IMG/VR virus record: IMGVR_UViG_3300032290_000667
Location: 1-48,518 of that record
DNA: 48,518 bases
From: a virus
Lineage: Duplodnaviria; Caudoviricetes
Direction: 5' to 3' (one strand)
Shown here: positions 25,576 through 35,292 of the stretch, one piece after another
How the letters are laid out: each line of letters starts with the position of its first letter
Position numbering within the stretch: position 1 is the stretch's first letter
Made by a program: the position numbers and the translations under genes
The notes under the pieces: generated by a model
What the model was told of the DNA's origin: nothing
The model's input: only the letters and a program-made list of their open reading frames with translations
The model's database searches: none

Positions 25576-28088
25576 TGCAAAATTTTGTCGATAATAGCAC
25601 GCCAAATCTTTACAATTTTCCAGCCCACGATGTGGACCCTTCTATTAAATTGAAAAAAGACTGGAATGTTCAGTACTGCCAAGCGATCCATTCATTATAC
25701 AGAAACAATCTGACTGGTATTAATTACTCAGATGTTGATATGTTCGCTAGATTCAGAGCGTACGGTAACGGTAACCAAGATAAGCTCCAATACATGGACT
25801 GGTTGGGTATAACAAAAAGACCAACGCCATCATTGCCTACACAAGCAACTGGTGTTAGTGGTCCAACCCAACAACCTTCTGACTTTGTTAGACAAGGTTT
25901 CATGAACTTAAACTGGGAGATCTTATCTGTTGCCCCAAATTTTAAAAACGTAATCTTAGGAACATTTGAAGACATTGAACACGACATTTATGCTGACGGT
26001 GTAGACGAGAAATCATCTGCTGAAAGAGAAGAGGCTAAGTGGATGTTGTGGATGGAAAGACAAATGAACGAGCAGATTGAAGAGGTTAAAAAAGCTGTTG
26101 GTTTAAAAACTCAAAGACCAGACTACATTCCAGAAACAATGCAAGAATTGCAAATGTTTGCGTCTTTAGGTGGTTTTAGATTAAAGAGTGAAATATCTAT
26201 TGAGGAAGCATTAAGATATACTAAGTATATATCTGAATGGAAAGAAATTAAGCGTAAAATATTTGAAGACTTGTATGAGTTAGGTGTAGCCGTTACTAAA
26301 GATTATGTTTGCCCACAAACTCAAAAAATTAAGGTAAGATATTGTGACCCAGCTTTGTGTGTTATTCCATATGTACAACAAACAGAGTTTGCTAATATGC
26401 CATTTGCTGGTGAATACATCTTCTATACAATTGCAGAAATCAGAGCGTTAAACAATCCTGACGGAACAGCTACATTTACAGAAGAAGAGTTGCAAGAAAT
26501 TGCGGCTAAGTCAGTTAACCAATACAACAACCCTGCAATTATCAACAACTGGTACATTGATCAATTTGGTCGTTACGAGTATGATACATTCAGAGTGTGT
26601 GTTATGGACGCTGAATATAAATCAGATGATTTTAAGTTTACAACTGAAAGAATTAACTCTAAAGGTGAAAAAATCGTTCACCAAGATGAGTATGGTAAAG
26701 TAAGAACTGGTGACAAGAGAAAAACTCATATCACTAAGACACTTATGGTTTACAAATGTAAGTGGATTGTAGGAACTGAGTTTGCTTGGGATTACGGTCA
26801 TCAATTTGACATTCCAAGACCAACTCCTTCACAAGCTAACTTAAGCTACCACGCCTATAGATTAAAGGGCGGCAGTATGATTAAGAGAATGATTCCTTTG
26901 TTGGATAGCATTCAATTATCTTGGTTAAAATTACAAAACGCAAAAGCAAAAGCAGCCCCAAGTGGATTAGCAATTGAGTATGGATCGTTATTAAATATAA
27001 GTATTGGTAATAATAAATTATCACCACTAGAAGTACTTAAAATTAGAAACCAAACTGGTGATATTCTATATCAAGCTACTACACATAGAACATATATGCC
27101 TAGTCAAACTAACTACAAACCTATCCAAGAGTTACAAGGTGGTTTGGGTGTACAAGGCCAGGAGTTCTTACAGTTAATATCTCACGATATTGATATGATC
27201 AGACAGATTATAGGTATTAATAGAATAGCTGACGCTAGCTCGCCTGTAAATGATCAGCTGGTAGGTGTATCAGAGATGTCACTTCAAGCTACATCTACGA
27301 CGCTAAAACCAATGTATTCTGCCTATATTACATTAAAGGAAAGAGTGTTTAGAAATGCAGCTCTAAGAATACAATTAATGGTTAAGTTTAGCGGTGAGTA
27401 TGAATTGAGTTATTTTAAGGCTTTAGGCAGCGCTATAACACAAACATTAAAAATTGGTTCTGAGATCAACAATGCAATGTTTGGTATTAGAATAGAAGCT
27501 AAGCCAGACGCTCAAGAAAAGCAAAACATTATCAATGCAGCTCTTGAAAGCTTGAGAGTGGGTAGACAAGGTACACCATTATTAGGCTACGCTGACTACT
27601 TGATGGTTCAAGACTTTGTATCTAAAGGACAAATTAAGTGGGCTAAGGCTTACATAGCAAATAAAGAGCAACAGACCTTGAAAAGAGTAGAACAGGAGAA
27701 GCAACAAGCTATCGAAGCTCAAGGTCAACAACAACAAATGTTGCAACAACAAAAAGGTGAGCAAGATCAAATGCTATCTCAAATGGAAATTGATAAGATC
27801 AAAGTTGAAAACGAAGAAAAGAGAAAAACTATTGAGCTTCAACACTATTTAAAGATGGATGAGATCAGACTTCAAATGGGTATGAAGGTAGACGAACAAA
27901 TGACCTTCAAATCAATTGAGATGCAGCACCAACATGATATGATGGAGAAACAAACCGAACAGGCAATGGTACAACAAGCAATGATGCAGCAGCAACAAGC
28001 TATGCAACAACAGCAAGGTGCTCCGCAAGGACAACCACCACAACCGCCTCAAGGTCAAGAAGTTCCACCAACTAATATTCCAGCATAA
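25575..28088 (+). CDS. portal protein (crAss-like)
   Basis: 837 aa after terL; RAYGNGNQ, MNLNW, IIGINRIADAS motifs; Q-rich coiled-coil tail. Confidence 0.88.
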   Translation: MQNFVDNSTPNLYNFPAHDVDPSIKLKKDWNVQYCQAIHSLYRNNLTGINYSDVDMFARFRAYGNGNQDKLQYMDWLGITKRPTPSLPTQATGVSGPTQQPSDFVRQGFMNLNWEILSVAPNFKNVILGTFEDIEHDIYADGVDEKSSAEREEAKWMLWMERQMNEQIEEVKKAVGLKTQRPDYIPETMQELQMFASLGGFRLKSEISIEEALRYTKYISEWKEIKRKIFEDLYELGVAVTKDYVCPQTQKIKVRYCDPALCVIPYVQQTEFANMPFAGEYIFYTIAEIRALNNPDGTATFTEEELQEIAAKSVNQYNNPAIINNWYIDQFGRYEYDTFRVCVMDAEYKSDDFKFTTERINSKGEKIVHQDEYGKVRTGDKRKTHITKTLMVYKCKWIVGTEFAWDYGHQFDIPRPTPSQANLSYHAYRLKGGSMIKRMIPLLDSIQLSWLKLQNAKAKAAPSGLAIEYGSLLNISIGNNKLSPLEVLKIRNQTGDILYQATTHRTYMPSQTNYKPIQELQGGLGVQGQEFLQLISHDIDMIRQIIGINRIADASSPVNDQLVGVSEMSLQATSTTLKPMYSAYITLKERVFRNAALRIQLMVKFSGEYELSYFKALGSAITQTLKIGSEINNAMFGIRIEAKPDAQEKQNIINAALESLRVGRQGTPLLGYADYLMVQDFVSKGQIKWAKAYIANKEQQTLKRVEQEKQQAIEAQGQQQQMLQQQKGEQDQMLSQMEIDKIKVENEEKRKTIELQHYLKMDEIRLQMGMKVDEQMTFKSIEMQHQHDMMEKQTEQAMVQQAMMQQQQAMQQQQGAPQGQPPQPPQGQEVPPTNIPA

Positions 28089-28090
28089 TC

Positions 28091-28243
28091 ATGGCACCTA
28101 AAGGTAAAAAATCATCAGCAGTAGCATCTACTCTACACAAAGAAAAACCTAAGAAAAGACGCAAAAACATACACGCTAAAACAAAGTGTTCTAAAACTAA
28201 GACTAGTAAGAACTATGTAAAGCTTAGCCGAGGTCAAGGTTAA
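28091..28243 (+). CDS. small basic protein ending RGQG (not in ORF track)
   Basis: MAPKGKKSS...KNYVKLSRGQG, 50 aa, very Lys-rich. Confidence 0.7.
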   Translation: MAPKGKKSSAVASTLHKEKPKKRRKNIHAKTKCSKTKTSKNYVKLSRGQG

Positions 28244-28295
28244 AAAAAATACAAATTTTATTTGCAGTGTAATATTTTTTTATTATACTTGCAAC

Positions 28296-28636
28296 ACATC
28301 TGCAAAGGGAAGGCGGTTTGAAGACTTAGCTAACCCTTTGTTAGATGATTAAAAACTTGGTTCTTGTCCCTACACCAAGAGTAGTTGTGCAGGCGTGCTA
28401 CAAAACAAAATGGGGGTAAAACAAATTGTTCAGTTCATAGCGAAAAGCACCTTTTGAGGCGTAAGGTCTTCGGTACTAGCAAACACAATGTACAGCCGAT
28501 AGCTAAAGTGGAGTTTATTGAATCCGTTGTTTGGCCACCGAACGAGCATACTGCAAACGAGAAAACAGATTAAAGAAATGGTATACCTTCGGTATATCTT
28601 TTAATAATCATTGTTTGCTTGTAATAGACCCCTCAT
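28296..28636 (+). ncRNA. putative structured RNA upstream of HNH gene
   Basis: TTTG (28261) + TATACTTG (28284) promoter followed by several nested helices. Confidence 0.6.
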
Positions 28637-28652
28637 GCACTGACATGAAAAA

Positions 28653-28988
28653 ATGGGTAAAAAGAGTCAAGAATATATCGACTATCTAAAGAGCCCTGAG
28701 TGGCAAGAAAAAAAAGAACAAGTTTTTAGGGAAAGAGGTCGCTGCTGTGAAAACTGTGGCAATACAGAAAGACTCTTTGTTCATCACATAACATTTAAAA
28801 GACTATACAACGAAAACACAGAGGATTTGTGTGTACTATGTTATACGTGCAACAAACAAATGTGGGCTGATATAAAAAAGGCTGAGTATATTGCTGAACG
28901 CAAAAAGAATAAAGAACAAGTCTTAATAGATAAAAACCTAATTAAAGTTAATGGCGTTTGGGTTGACGCAAAACCTCCAACTATTTAA
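28653..28988 (+). CDS. HNH endonuclease
   Basis: YIDYLKSPEW...CENCG...VHHIT...DLCVLCYTC. Confidence 0.85.
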   Translation: MGKKSQEYIDYLKSPEWQEKKEQVFRERGRCCENCGNTERLFVHHITFKRLYNENTEDLCVLCYTCNKQMWADIKKAEYIAERKKNKEQVLIDKNLIKVNGVWVDAKPPTI

Positions 28989-29064
28989 TAAAGAGCAAAT
29001 TATTTCACTTAAAAAAAACAACTTAGTGAAAAATTTACTTACTTTGCATCCAAATACAATATTT

Positions 29065-30234
29065 ATGACAGGAAATATGGACCAAATGAAGGCTGACTTT
29101 CTTAGCGGTTTAGGTGTAGAAGCCAATACACCAGAGCCAAAAGAAACTCCAGCTTCAGAACAAACACCAGTTGATACAGGTGTTGAACCACAAGAGCCAG
29201 TAGAACCACAGGCTCCAATTAGCTCAGAATCAAACGACAAAGAATCCGAATCAATCGACAGATTGCAATTGATTAACGAAACCTTTGGAACTAACTTTGC
29301 GTCTATGGACGATGTTGAATCTTTTAAAGGGGTTCTATCAGAGTTACCAGTTCTTCAAGATGCGAAGCAAAAGTATGACGAGATCAAAGGTCAGTCTGTA
29401 GCTAAGTTCCACTCAAAGAATATTGAGGAGATCAACAACTTTGCACTACAAACTGGTATTGAAGATCCTGCCTTTGTAAAACAAGTAAAACAGTTTTCAT
29501 TGGCTGATAAAAAAGATCCTGTTGAGGCATTAGCAATTGCCGAGATACTAAAAGACCCATCATTAGCAGACAAGAAAGATTTGTTAATGAAGTCAATTAG
29601 AAGGGAGTATAAAACATCCTACAACGAAGACCTATATGGGGATGACTTGGAGGAAGCTCAAGAGAGAGCACAAATGGAGCAATTCAGATTAGACCGTAAG
29701 GCTGCTGAGGCGACCAAATTAATTAGCGAAACTATGGACAAAGTTCAAAAGGCTGGTCCTGTGTTGACGGTGAACGACACTATACAACAAAAACAAGAGC
29801 TCAAGGCGCAATGGGCTAATATTGTTGAGTCTAACACTGATCAAATATTTGGGAAAGTTCCTGTTCAAGTACCGAAGGGAAAGGATAAGAATGGCCAAGA
29901 CATATTTGAGACAATAGACTACATAGAGTTATCACCAGCTGAAGCAAAAGAGCAAGCTCAATTGGTAGTGAATCGATTGGTAAATTCTGGACTGGAAATT
30001 AACCAAGAGAATCTAATCAATGCAGTAAGCGAGCAGTATGACATGATTAAAGCCAAGAATCTGTATCAGATTGTTGGAAAGGTTATGCAGCGAGCCGAGA
30101 GCGCTACGAAGCTAAAGCTAGAGAAGGAGATTTCAAATCCTTCCGCCCTAAAGGTAGAGACACCTGCTGCTGGCAAACAACAGAAAACCGCTTCAGACCA
30201 AATCTTGGAGAAGTGGGAAAAGTTGTTTAAGTAG
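29065..30234 (+). CDS. scaffolding-like protein
   Basis: Acidic, helical, Pro/Glu-rich N-terminus, directly upstream of the capsid gene. Confidence 0.65.
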   Translation: MTGNMDQMKADFLSGLGVEANTPEPKETPASEQTPVDTGVEPQEPVEPQAPISSESNDKESESIDRLQLINETFGTNFASMDDVESFKGVLSELPVLQDAKQKYDEIKGQSVAKFHSKNIEEINNFALQTGIEDPAFVKQVKQFSLADKKDPVEALAIAEILKDPSLADKKDLLMKSIRREYKTSYNEDLYGDDLEEAQERAQMEQFRLDRKAAEATKLISETMDKVQKAGPVLTVNDTIQQKQELKAQWANIVESNTDQIFGKVPVQVPKGKDKNGQDIFETIDYIELSPAEAKEQAQLVVNRLVNSGLEINQENLINAVSEQYDMIKAKNLYQIVGKVMQRAESATKLKLEKEISNPSALKVETPAAGKQQKTASDQILEKWEKLFK

Positions 30235-30289
30235 CGAATCTCCAAACAAACAACTTTAAAAACTTAAAACAAAAAATTAATTAAACAAA

Positions 30290-31687
30290 ATGGCAAACGT
30301 AGCAGCGCAGTATCAGAGTAATTATGTATCTGCATATGATGTACACAAACCAGACGTATTGAGCAAAATGTTCAACCGTTATGGTGATCAAGGATCTTCT
30401 TGGTTCTTAACTTTAGAAAAATTAGGCTTTGTTAAGCCTGTGGGAGCAACTAGCTACTCACACTATGAAAACGAATTGAAGAACCCAACTTTCAATTCTT
30501 TAGGTGCGGTTTCAAGTACTGGTACAGCTCCAGCTTTGACTATCACCGTAACTTTAAGCCCGTCTAACTTAGACAGCTTTAACAACTTCTACCCACGTTT
30601 AAATGATATCACTTACTTCAAAGGAGGTCAATTAGGTATCATTACAGCTATCAACGTAACAACTCCAACAGCTCCAGTTTTAACTATCACACAAGTTAAT
30701 ACATGGACAGGTGGTCTTAGCGTTGCTGCTGGTGAAGAAATCTCTTTGGTATCTAACGCTTTCTCTGAAGGTAGCGATCAACCAAAAGGTATCATGCCAG
30801 GTGCTGCTAAACGTACAAACTACACTCAAATCATGAAAGAAACTTTGGCTGTAACAGGTACAGAGTTAACTAACCAAACTTGGTTTGATGGTTGGATTGA
30901 AGTTCCAGGTAGCGTAAACGGTTCTGAGCAAATTGCTAGCGGTAACAGCTGGTACAACTTGAACTGGATGGACATGGAATGGAGAATTGGCAAACAAATC
31001 TCTGGTGCGTTATTGTTTGGTGAAACTACAGTTGGTACTATCACAGACCCTGTAACTGGTTTACCAATCAGAACAACTAACGGTTTAATCCCTACAATCA
31101 AATCTTTAGGTAACACTGATACTTATGTACCAGGTGCATTCTCAGTAACTGATTTCGACGCTTATGGTCGTATCTTAGATAGAGAATATGCTGGTGAGTA
31201 CGTAATGTCATTAGTATCTAAATCTTTCAGCGATGAAATCGAAAACACAATGGTTGCTTACTTAGCTAACACTAACATTATCTATGAAATCGAACAACAA
31301 TTAGGTTCTAGATTTGGTGTTGATGGTAAATCAATCTCTGTAGATTTCAGCTACTTGAAGAAATCAAACAGAACATTTATGTTCAAACGTATGATGGAGT
31401 TCTCTAACAGACAAACTTTCGGTATCAACGGTTCAATCACTGACGGTATGGGTGTATTCTTACCTATGAACAAAGTGAAAGACGCTAAGAGTGGTCAAAT
31501 GTTAGACAACATCGGTGCACGTTACAAAAACTTAAACGGTTACTCTCGTAAGATGGAAGTATGGTCAGTAAATGGTGCTGGACCAGGCATGAAAGTTAGC
31601 TCAGTGGACGTAAACAAATCGTTCATCAGAACTGACATGGGTGCTCACATCATGGGTGCAAACCAAATGATCTTGGTAACTACCTAA
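30290..31687 (+). CDS. major capsid protein
   Basis: 465 aa, strong codon bias, FSEGS...NYTQIMKE..VTGTE and LLFGE...TNGLIP motifs, followed by a terminator. Confidence 0.88.
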   Translation: MANVAAQYQSNYVSAYDVHKPDVLSKMFNRYGDQGSSWFLTLEKLGFVKPVGATSYSHYENELKNPTFNSLGAVSSTGTAPALTITVTLSPSNLDSFNNFYPRLNDITYFKGGQLGIITAINVTTPTAPVLTITQVNTWTGGLSVAAGEEISLVSNAFSEGSDQPKGIMPGAAKRTNYTQIMKETLAVTGTELTNQTWFDGWIEVPGSVNGSEQIASGNSWYNLNWMDMEWRIGKQISGALLFGETTVGTITDPVTGLPIRTTNGLIPTIKSLGNTDTYVPGAFSVTDFDAYGRILDREYAGEYVMSLVSKSFSDEIENTMVAYLANTNIIYEIEQQLGSRFGVDGKSISVDFSYLKKSNRTFMFKRMMEFSNRQTFGINGSITDGMGVFLPMNKVKDAKSGQMLDNIGARYKNLNGYSRKMEVWSVNGAGPGMKVSSVDVNKSFIRTDMGAHIMGANQMILVTT

Positions 31688-31703
31688 TCATAACTAAAAC
31701 TAG

Positions 31704-31736
31704 TGTAAGGGGTGTAAAAAGCCCCTTACATTTTTT
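31704..31736 (+). terminator. intrinsic terminator
   Basis: TGTAAGGGGT-gtaaaaa-GCCCCTTACA followed by TTTTTT. Confidence 0.85.
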
Positions 31737-31756
31737 AATTTAAAACCAAAAAATTT

Positions 31757-32707
31757 ATGCTATATATAAACAATGAATTGTTCAAAAGAACAACAAAAGA
31801 AGACAAGGACAGCTACGAAAAATTCTGTAGAGAATTTGACAAACACTTAGACCAATACGGTCGTATTAGACAAGACAATCCTATTATTTTAAAGTACGCC
31901 TCTCATTTGGTAAAACCAGATATGGATAACCCAGGCAAACTTGTAATGCCAAAAAGTATGAAGTTGAACTTTGTGGTTAACTCATTTTACAACGGTCAAA
32001 TGGCTGAGGTAAGATACTCAAGAACAGCTGGTATCCCACAAAGAGATGGTAGTTTAAAATTTACTGATAATGGAACTCAAGTTGTTGGTGGTAGATTAGC
32101 TATTACTGACAATGACTTAGCTTATTTTATTTGGAGATTTTCAAGCCAAATCGTAACCAAGGTTGAAAACTCAAGCAATCCTTTAGCATTCTTTGAAGTT
32201 GAGAATCCAGAAGGCGAAAGAAGAGCTATTGCTAGAAAGAAAAACATGGAATCTACAATTACAGCTAGATTGTGGAATGAAATGGAAGATGGCGGCTTAA
32301 GCGATGAGGCAATCAAAACTGTTGCTAAGAACTTTATGATTCCTAATGTTGATGCAATGGATGACATTAATGAATTAAAGTTAATGCTTGAAAAGTTAAT
32401 TAAGTTTAACCCAGCTAACGCTGATATCTTTTTAACTTTAACTGACAAGAAGAATGCTCCTAAGGAAGAAATTGCTGAAAGACGTAGTATCATAGCTAAC
32501 GCTATTGAGAACGGTATCATTTCTCAAGACTCAATTAGAAAGTCATTCTTTATGATGGGTCCAGATGGCAAGCCAGAAGGTAAGCCAATTTTTACCTACC
32601 AAAAAGGCGAAAAAGATCCTAAGGGTGCATTGTTCATCTACTTGGAAGGTAAAAACCCAGAGATGTTAGATGAGTTAAAAAACTTACTATCTTTGAGATC
32701 AGCTTAA
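31757..32707 (+). CDS. conserved post-capsid protein (crAss-like head module)
   Basis: 316 aa, highly expressed codon usage, position after the capsid gene. Confidence 0.6.
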   Translation: MLYINNELFKRTTKEDKDSYEKFCREFDKHLDQYGRIRQDNPIILKYASHLVKPDMDNPGKLVMPKSMKLNFVVNSFYNGQMAEVRYSRTAGIPQRDGSLKFTDNGTQVVGGRLAITDNDLAYFIWRFSSQIVTKVENSSNPLAFFEVENPEGERRAIARKKNMESTITARLWNEMEDGGLSDEAIKTVAKNFMIPNVDAMDDINELKLMLEKLIKFNPANADIFLTLTDKKNAPKEEIAERRSIIANAIENGIISQDSIRKSFFMMGPDGKPEGKPIFTYQKGEKDPKGALFIYLEGKNPEMLDELKNLLSLRSA

Positions 32708-32732
32708 AATAGACATAATTATATAATTGGTG

Positions 32733-32765
32733 AAGACCCCTGCATAACTGTAGGGGTTTTTATTT
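32733..32765 (+). terminator. intrinsic terminator
   Basis: ACCCCTGCA-taac-TGTAGGGGT followed by TTTTATTT. Confidence 0.85.
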
Positions 32766-32802
32766 GTAAACAACTTATTAAAATTTGGGGTATCTTTGTC
32801 AG

Positions 32803-33060
32803 ATGAAAAAGGAAGTATCTAAGTTTTTAACCTTAAACTTATTTGACCTTTTCAAAAGTTTAGTAATGTTTGTATTGGCCGCAATAGGAGAGTTATCGAT
32901 ACAAGTTTTTACCATATTGTTAGAGCACTTAAAGTGGGACTTCAATTGGTTTAGAGTGTTTAACATAGGACTAGTAACTCTAATATCGTATCTGATCAAA
33001 CAATACTTCACAGGAAGAAAGCAAGAACCAGAACCATTTAAGCCACAAAAGATAAAATAA
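32803..33060 (+). CDS. holin candidate
   Basis: Two hydrophobic helices, upstream of the endolysin; promoter TATCTTTG 32791-32798. Confidence 0.6.
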   Translation: MKKEVSKFLTLNLFDLFKSLVMFVLAAIGELSIQVFTILLEHLKWDFNWFRVFNIGLVTLISYLIKQYFTGRKQEPEPFKPQKIK

Positions 33061-33061
33061 T

Positions 33062-33556
33062 ATGGACAAAGTTACAATAGACAGGATATCTAACTTACAC
33101 CCAAAACTAAAAGACGAAGCATTAGAAATTTACAAAGAAATATGTGAAGCCCTAACAGGCAGAGCATTGTGTAGATTTGCATTTACTCTAAGAACAATAG
33201 AGGAGCAGAATGAGTTGTACGCTAAGGGTAGAACAAAGCCTGGCAAGATAGTTACCAATGCCAAAGGCGGTCAGTCGTATCATAACTACGGACTAGCAAT
33301 TGACATCGTGTTATTAGTCGATAAAGACAATAACGGATCGTACGAATCAGCCTCATGGGAAACCAATGTTGACTTCGATGGTGACGGCAAAGCTGATTGG
33401 ATGGAAGTTGTAAAGATATTTAAACTACACGGATGGGAATGGGCTGGTGATTGGAAATTTGTAGATATGCCACACTTCCAAAAAACATTTGGCAAGTCTG
33501 TTAAGGAGCTTCAGAAAATGCATAGATACGTAGGTACAAGTTACCCAATATTTTAA
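33062..33556 (+). CDS. endolysin, M15 family L-Ala-D-Glu peptidase
   Basis: RTIEEQNELYAKGRT, VTNAKGGQSYHNYGLAID, DMPHFQ. Confidence 0.92.
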   Translation: MDKVTIDRISNLHPKLKDEALEIYKEICEALTGRALCRFAFTLRTIEEQNELYAKGRTKPGKIVTNAKGGQSYHNYGLAIDIVLLVDKDNNGSYESASWETNVDFDGDGKADWMEVVKIFKLHGWEWAGDWKFVDMPHFQKTFGKSVKELQKMHRYVGTSYPIF

Positions 33557-33559
33557 ACT

Positions 33560-33823
33560 ATGATTAAAAAGATAATTTTATGGGCATCTAAACTGTTCCA
33601 CGATGAACACGGTGCTCCATCATCAAAAAGATTTGCAGGCATATTGTGTACACTTACACTATGCGCAGCCACAATTATTAACTCATTTTACCCAAACATT
33701 AATCCATCGGCTACATTGGTAGATGCGATTACACTTATTACAGTAGGAGCCTTAGGTTTCACATCTGTTGACAAGATATGGGGCAAACCTAAAACTACAA
33801 AAGAAGATGGCCAAAACGAGTAA
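33560..33823 (+). CDS. two-TM membrane protein (holin/antiholin-like)
   Basis: SSKRF followed by two hydrophobic helices. Confidence 0.6.
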   Translation: MIKKIILWASKLFHDEHGAPSSKRFAGILCTLTLCAATIINSFYPNINPSATLVDAITLITVGALGFTSVDKIWGKPKTTKEDGQNE

Positions 33824-34802
33824 AAAAGGTGAAATAGCTAGAGAGTATCTAGCTCAATACCCATCCTCATCAATTAGAACATTAGCTCAATTGTTGATGG
33901 AGCATTATCCAACACTGTTTACAAGCTATAATGCAGCTAGGACATTATTAAGCCAACACTCAGGAAGATGGGCAAAAATTAAAAACCCAATAAAAACTGA
34001 AAGAGTTCAATCTCGTGAAAATCCATTTGGACTACCTGAGTCAAAAGCAAACGTTAGAAAGTTTGTAAAGCTAGAAGGAGCTACAAGAGTATTGTGGTTA
34101 AGTGATATACATTTCCCTAATCAAGACAATGATGCCTTAACAGCCGCCCTACAATTTGGTTTAGACAATAAAGTCGATTGCATTGTATTAGGGGGAGATA
34201 TACTTGATAATGAGCCATTTACATCTCATGATGCGCCACCACCTTTGTATTCTGAGGTTAGAGAGTGGTTTGAAATGGTTGACAATTTTTTGGATATGCT
34301 TAACGAAAGATTTAAGTGTGCAATTCATTGGATCGAAGGCAACCACGACAATTGGTACAAAAGATATTTGATGAAAAAAGCTCCAGCTCTATTTCATGAC
34401 GAGTATTACACACTGTCGTCTAGACTAAAGTTAAGAGAAAAGAAAATTGTTTGGCACGATCAAAATGTGATCTTGATGGCTGGGAAATTACCGATGACCC
34501 ATGGGCATATGGTTGTTAGAGGAGCATTTTCTCCAGTTAATCCAGCTAGAGGCGTGTTTACAAGACTTAAAGGTCCTATGTTAATAGGTCACTGCCACCA
34601 AACGTCTGAACACTCTGAGAGCACGTTAGAAAACGCAATTATCACAACCTATTCAACTGGCTGTCTTTGCACATTAGCCCCAGATTACGATCCGTTTTGT
34701 GTAAAACATAACCAAGGTTTTGCAATGATTGAAATCCAAGAGAACGGTAATTACAAGGTGCACAACAGAAGAATTGATTATTTTACAAAGGAGATATACT
34801 AA
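33807..34802 (+). CDS. calcineurin-like metallophosphoesterase
   Basis: SDIH, GDILD, GNHD, HGH and GHCH motifs. Confidence 0.9.
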   Translation: MAKTSKKGEIAREYLAQYPSSSIRTLAQLLMEHYPTLFTSYNAARTLLSQHSGRWAKIKNPIKTERVQSRENPFGLPESKANVRKFVKLEGATRVLWLSDIHFPNQDNDALTAALQFGLDNKVDCIVLGGDILDNEPFTSHDAPPPLYSEVREWFEMVDNFLDMLNERFKCAIHWIEGNHDNWYKRYLMKKAPALFHDEYYTLSSRLKLREKKIVWHDQNVILMAGKLPMTHGHMVVRGAFSPVNPARGVFTRLKGPMLIGHCHQTSEHSESTLENAIITTYSTGCLCTLAPDYDPFCVKHNQGFAMIEIQENGNYKVHNRRIDYFTKEIY

Positions 34803-35230
34803 TGAGATATTTAATTGTTATTTTATTGTTGATAACTAGTTGTCAAGCTCTTAAAGATAAGAGAGCCAACAACAAAATGAACTGGTTAATAAAAAACCAT
34901 TACCTTGGTGATACTACCCGTTGGGTGCACGATACAATCCAAGGCTTTAAAATAGATACAGTTTTTAAGGGTGATACCCTCAAAGAAATCGATACATTTA
35001 CAATTGTTAAGGACGGAATTAAAACTGTCTCAGTTGTCAAGTGGAAAGAAAAAATCCTAGAGCAAACCTTGGTAAAAACCGACACGATTATCTCAATAAA
35101 GGTAAAAGAAAAGGTTCTGTATCAGACTGAAAAAAAGAAATGGTGGGACAGATATTGGGCAGGATTTGCGTTTGGAGTTGCTCTGATGATTTTACTTATC
35201 TTCTCAATATCGAGAATAGCCAAAAGCTGA
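34802..35230 (+). CDS. spanin candidate (lipoprotein with C-terminal TM)
   Basis: Lipobox LLLITS-C and C-terminal TM WAGFAFGVALMILLIF. Confidence 0.6.
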   Translation: MRYLIVILLLITSCQALKDKRANNKMNWLIKNHYLGDTTRWVHDTIQGFKIDTVFKGDTLKEIDTFTIVKDGIKTVSVVKWKEKILEQTLVKTDTIISIKVKEKVLYQTEKKKWWDRYWAGFAFGVALMILLIFSISRIAKS

Positions 35231-35292
35231 AAGTAATTTATCAAACAACATATCCTTAAAAATGCTAAATTTGTTCCCAATAAACAAATACC

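Noticed and set aside
27940-28085. CAA/CAG repeats at the portal 3' end
   Set aside because: Explained by the Gln/Pro-rich low-complexity tail of the portal protein.
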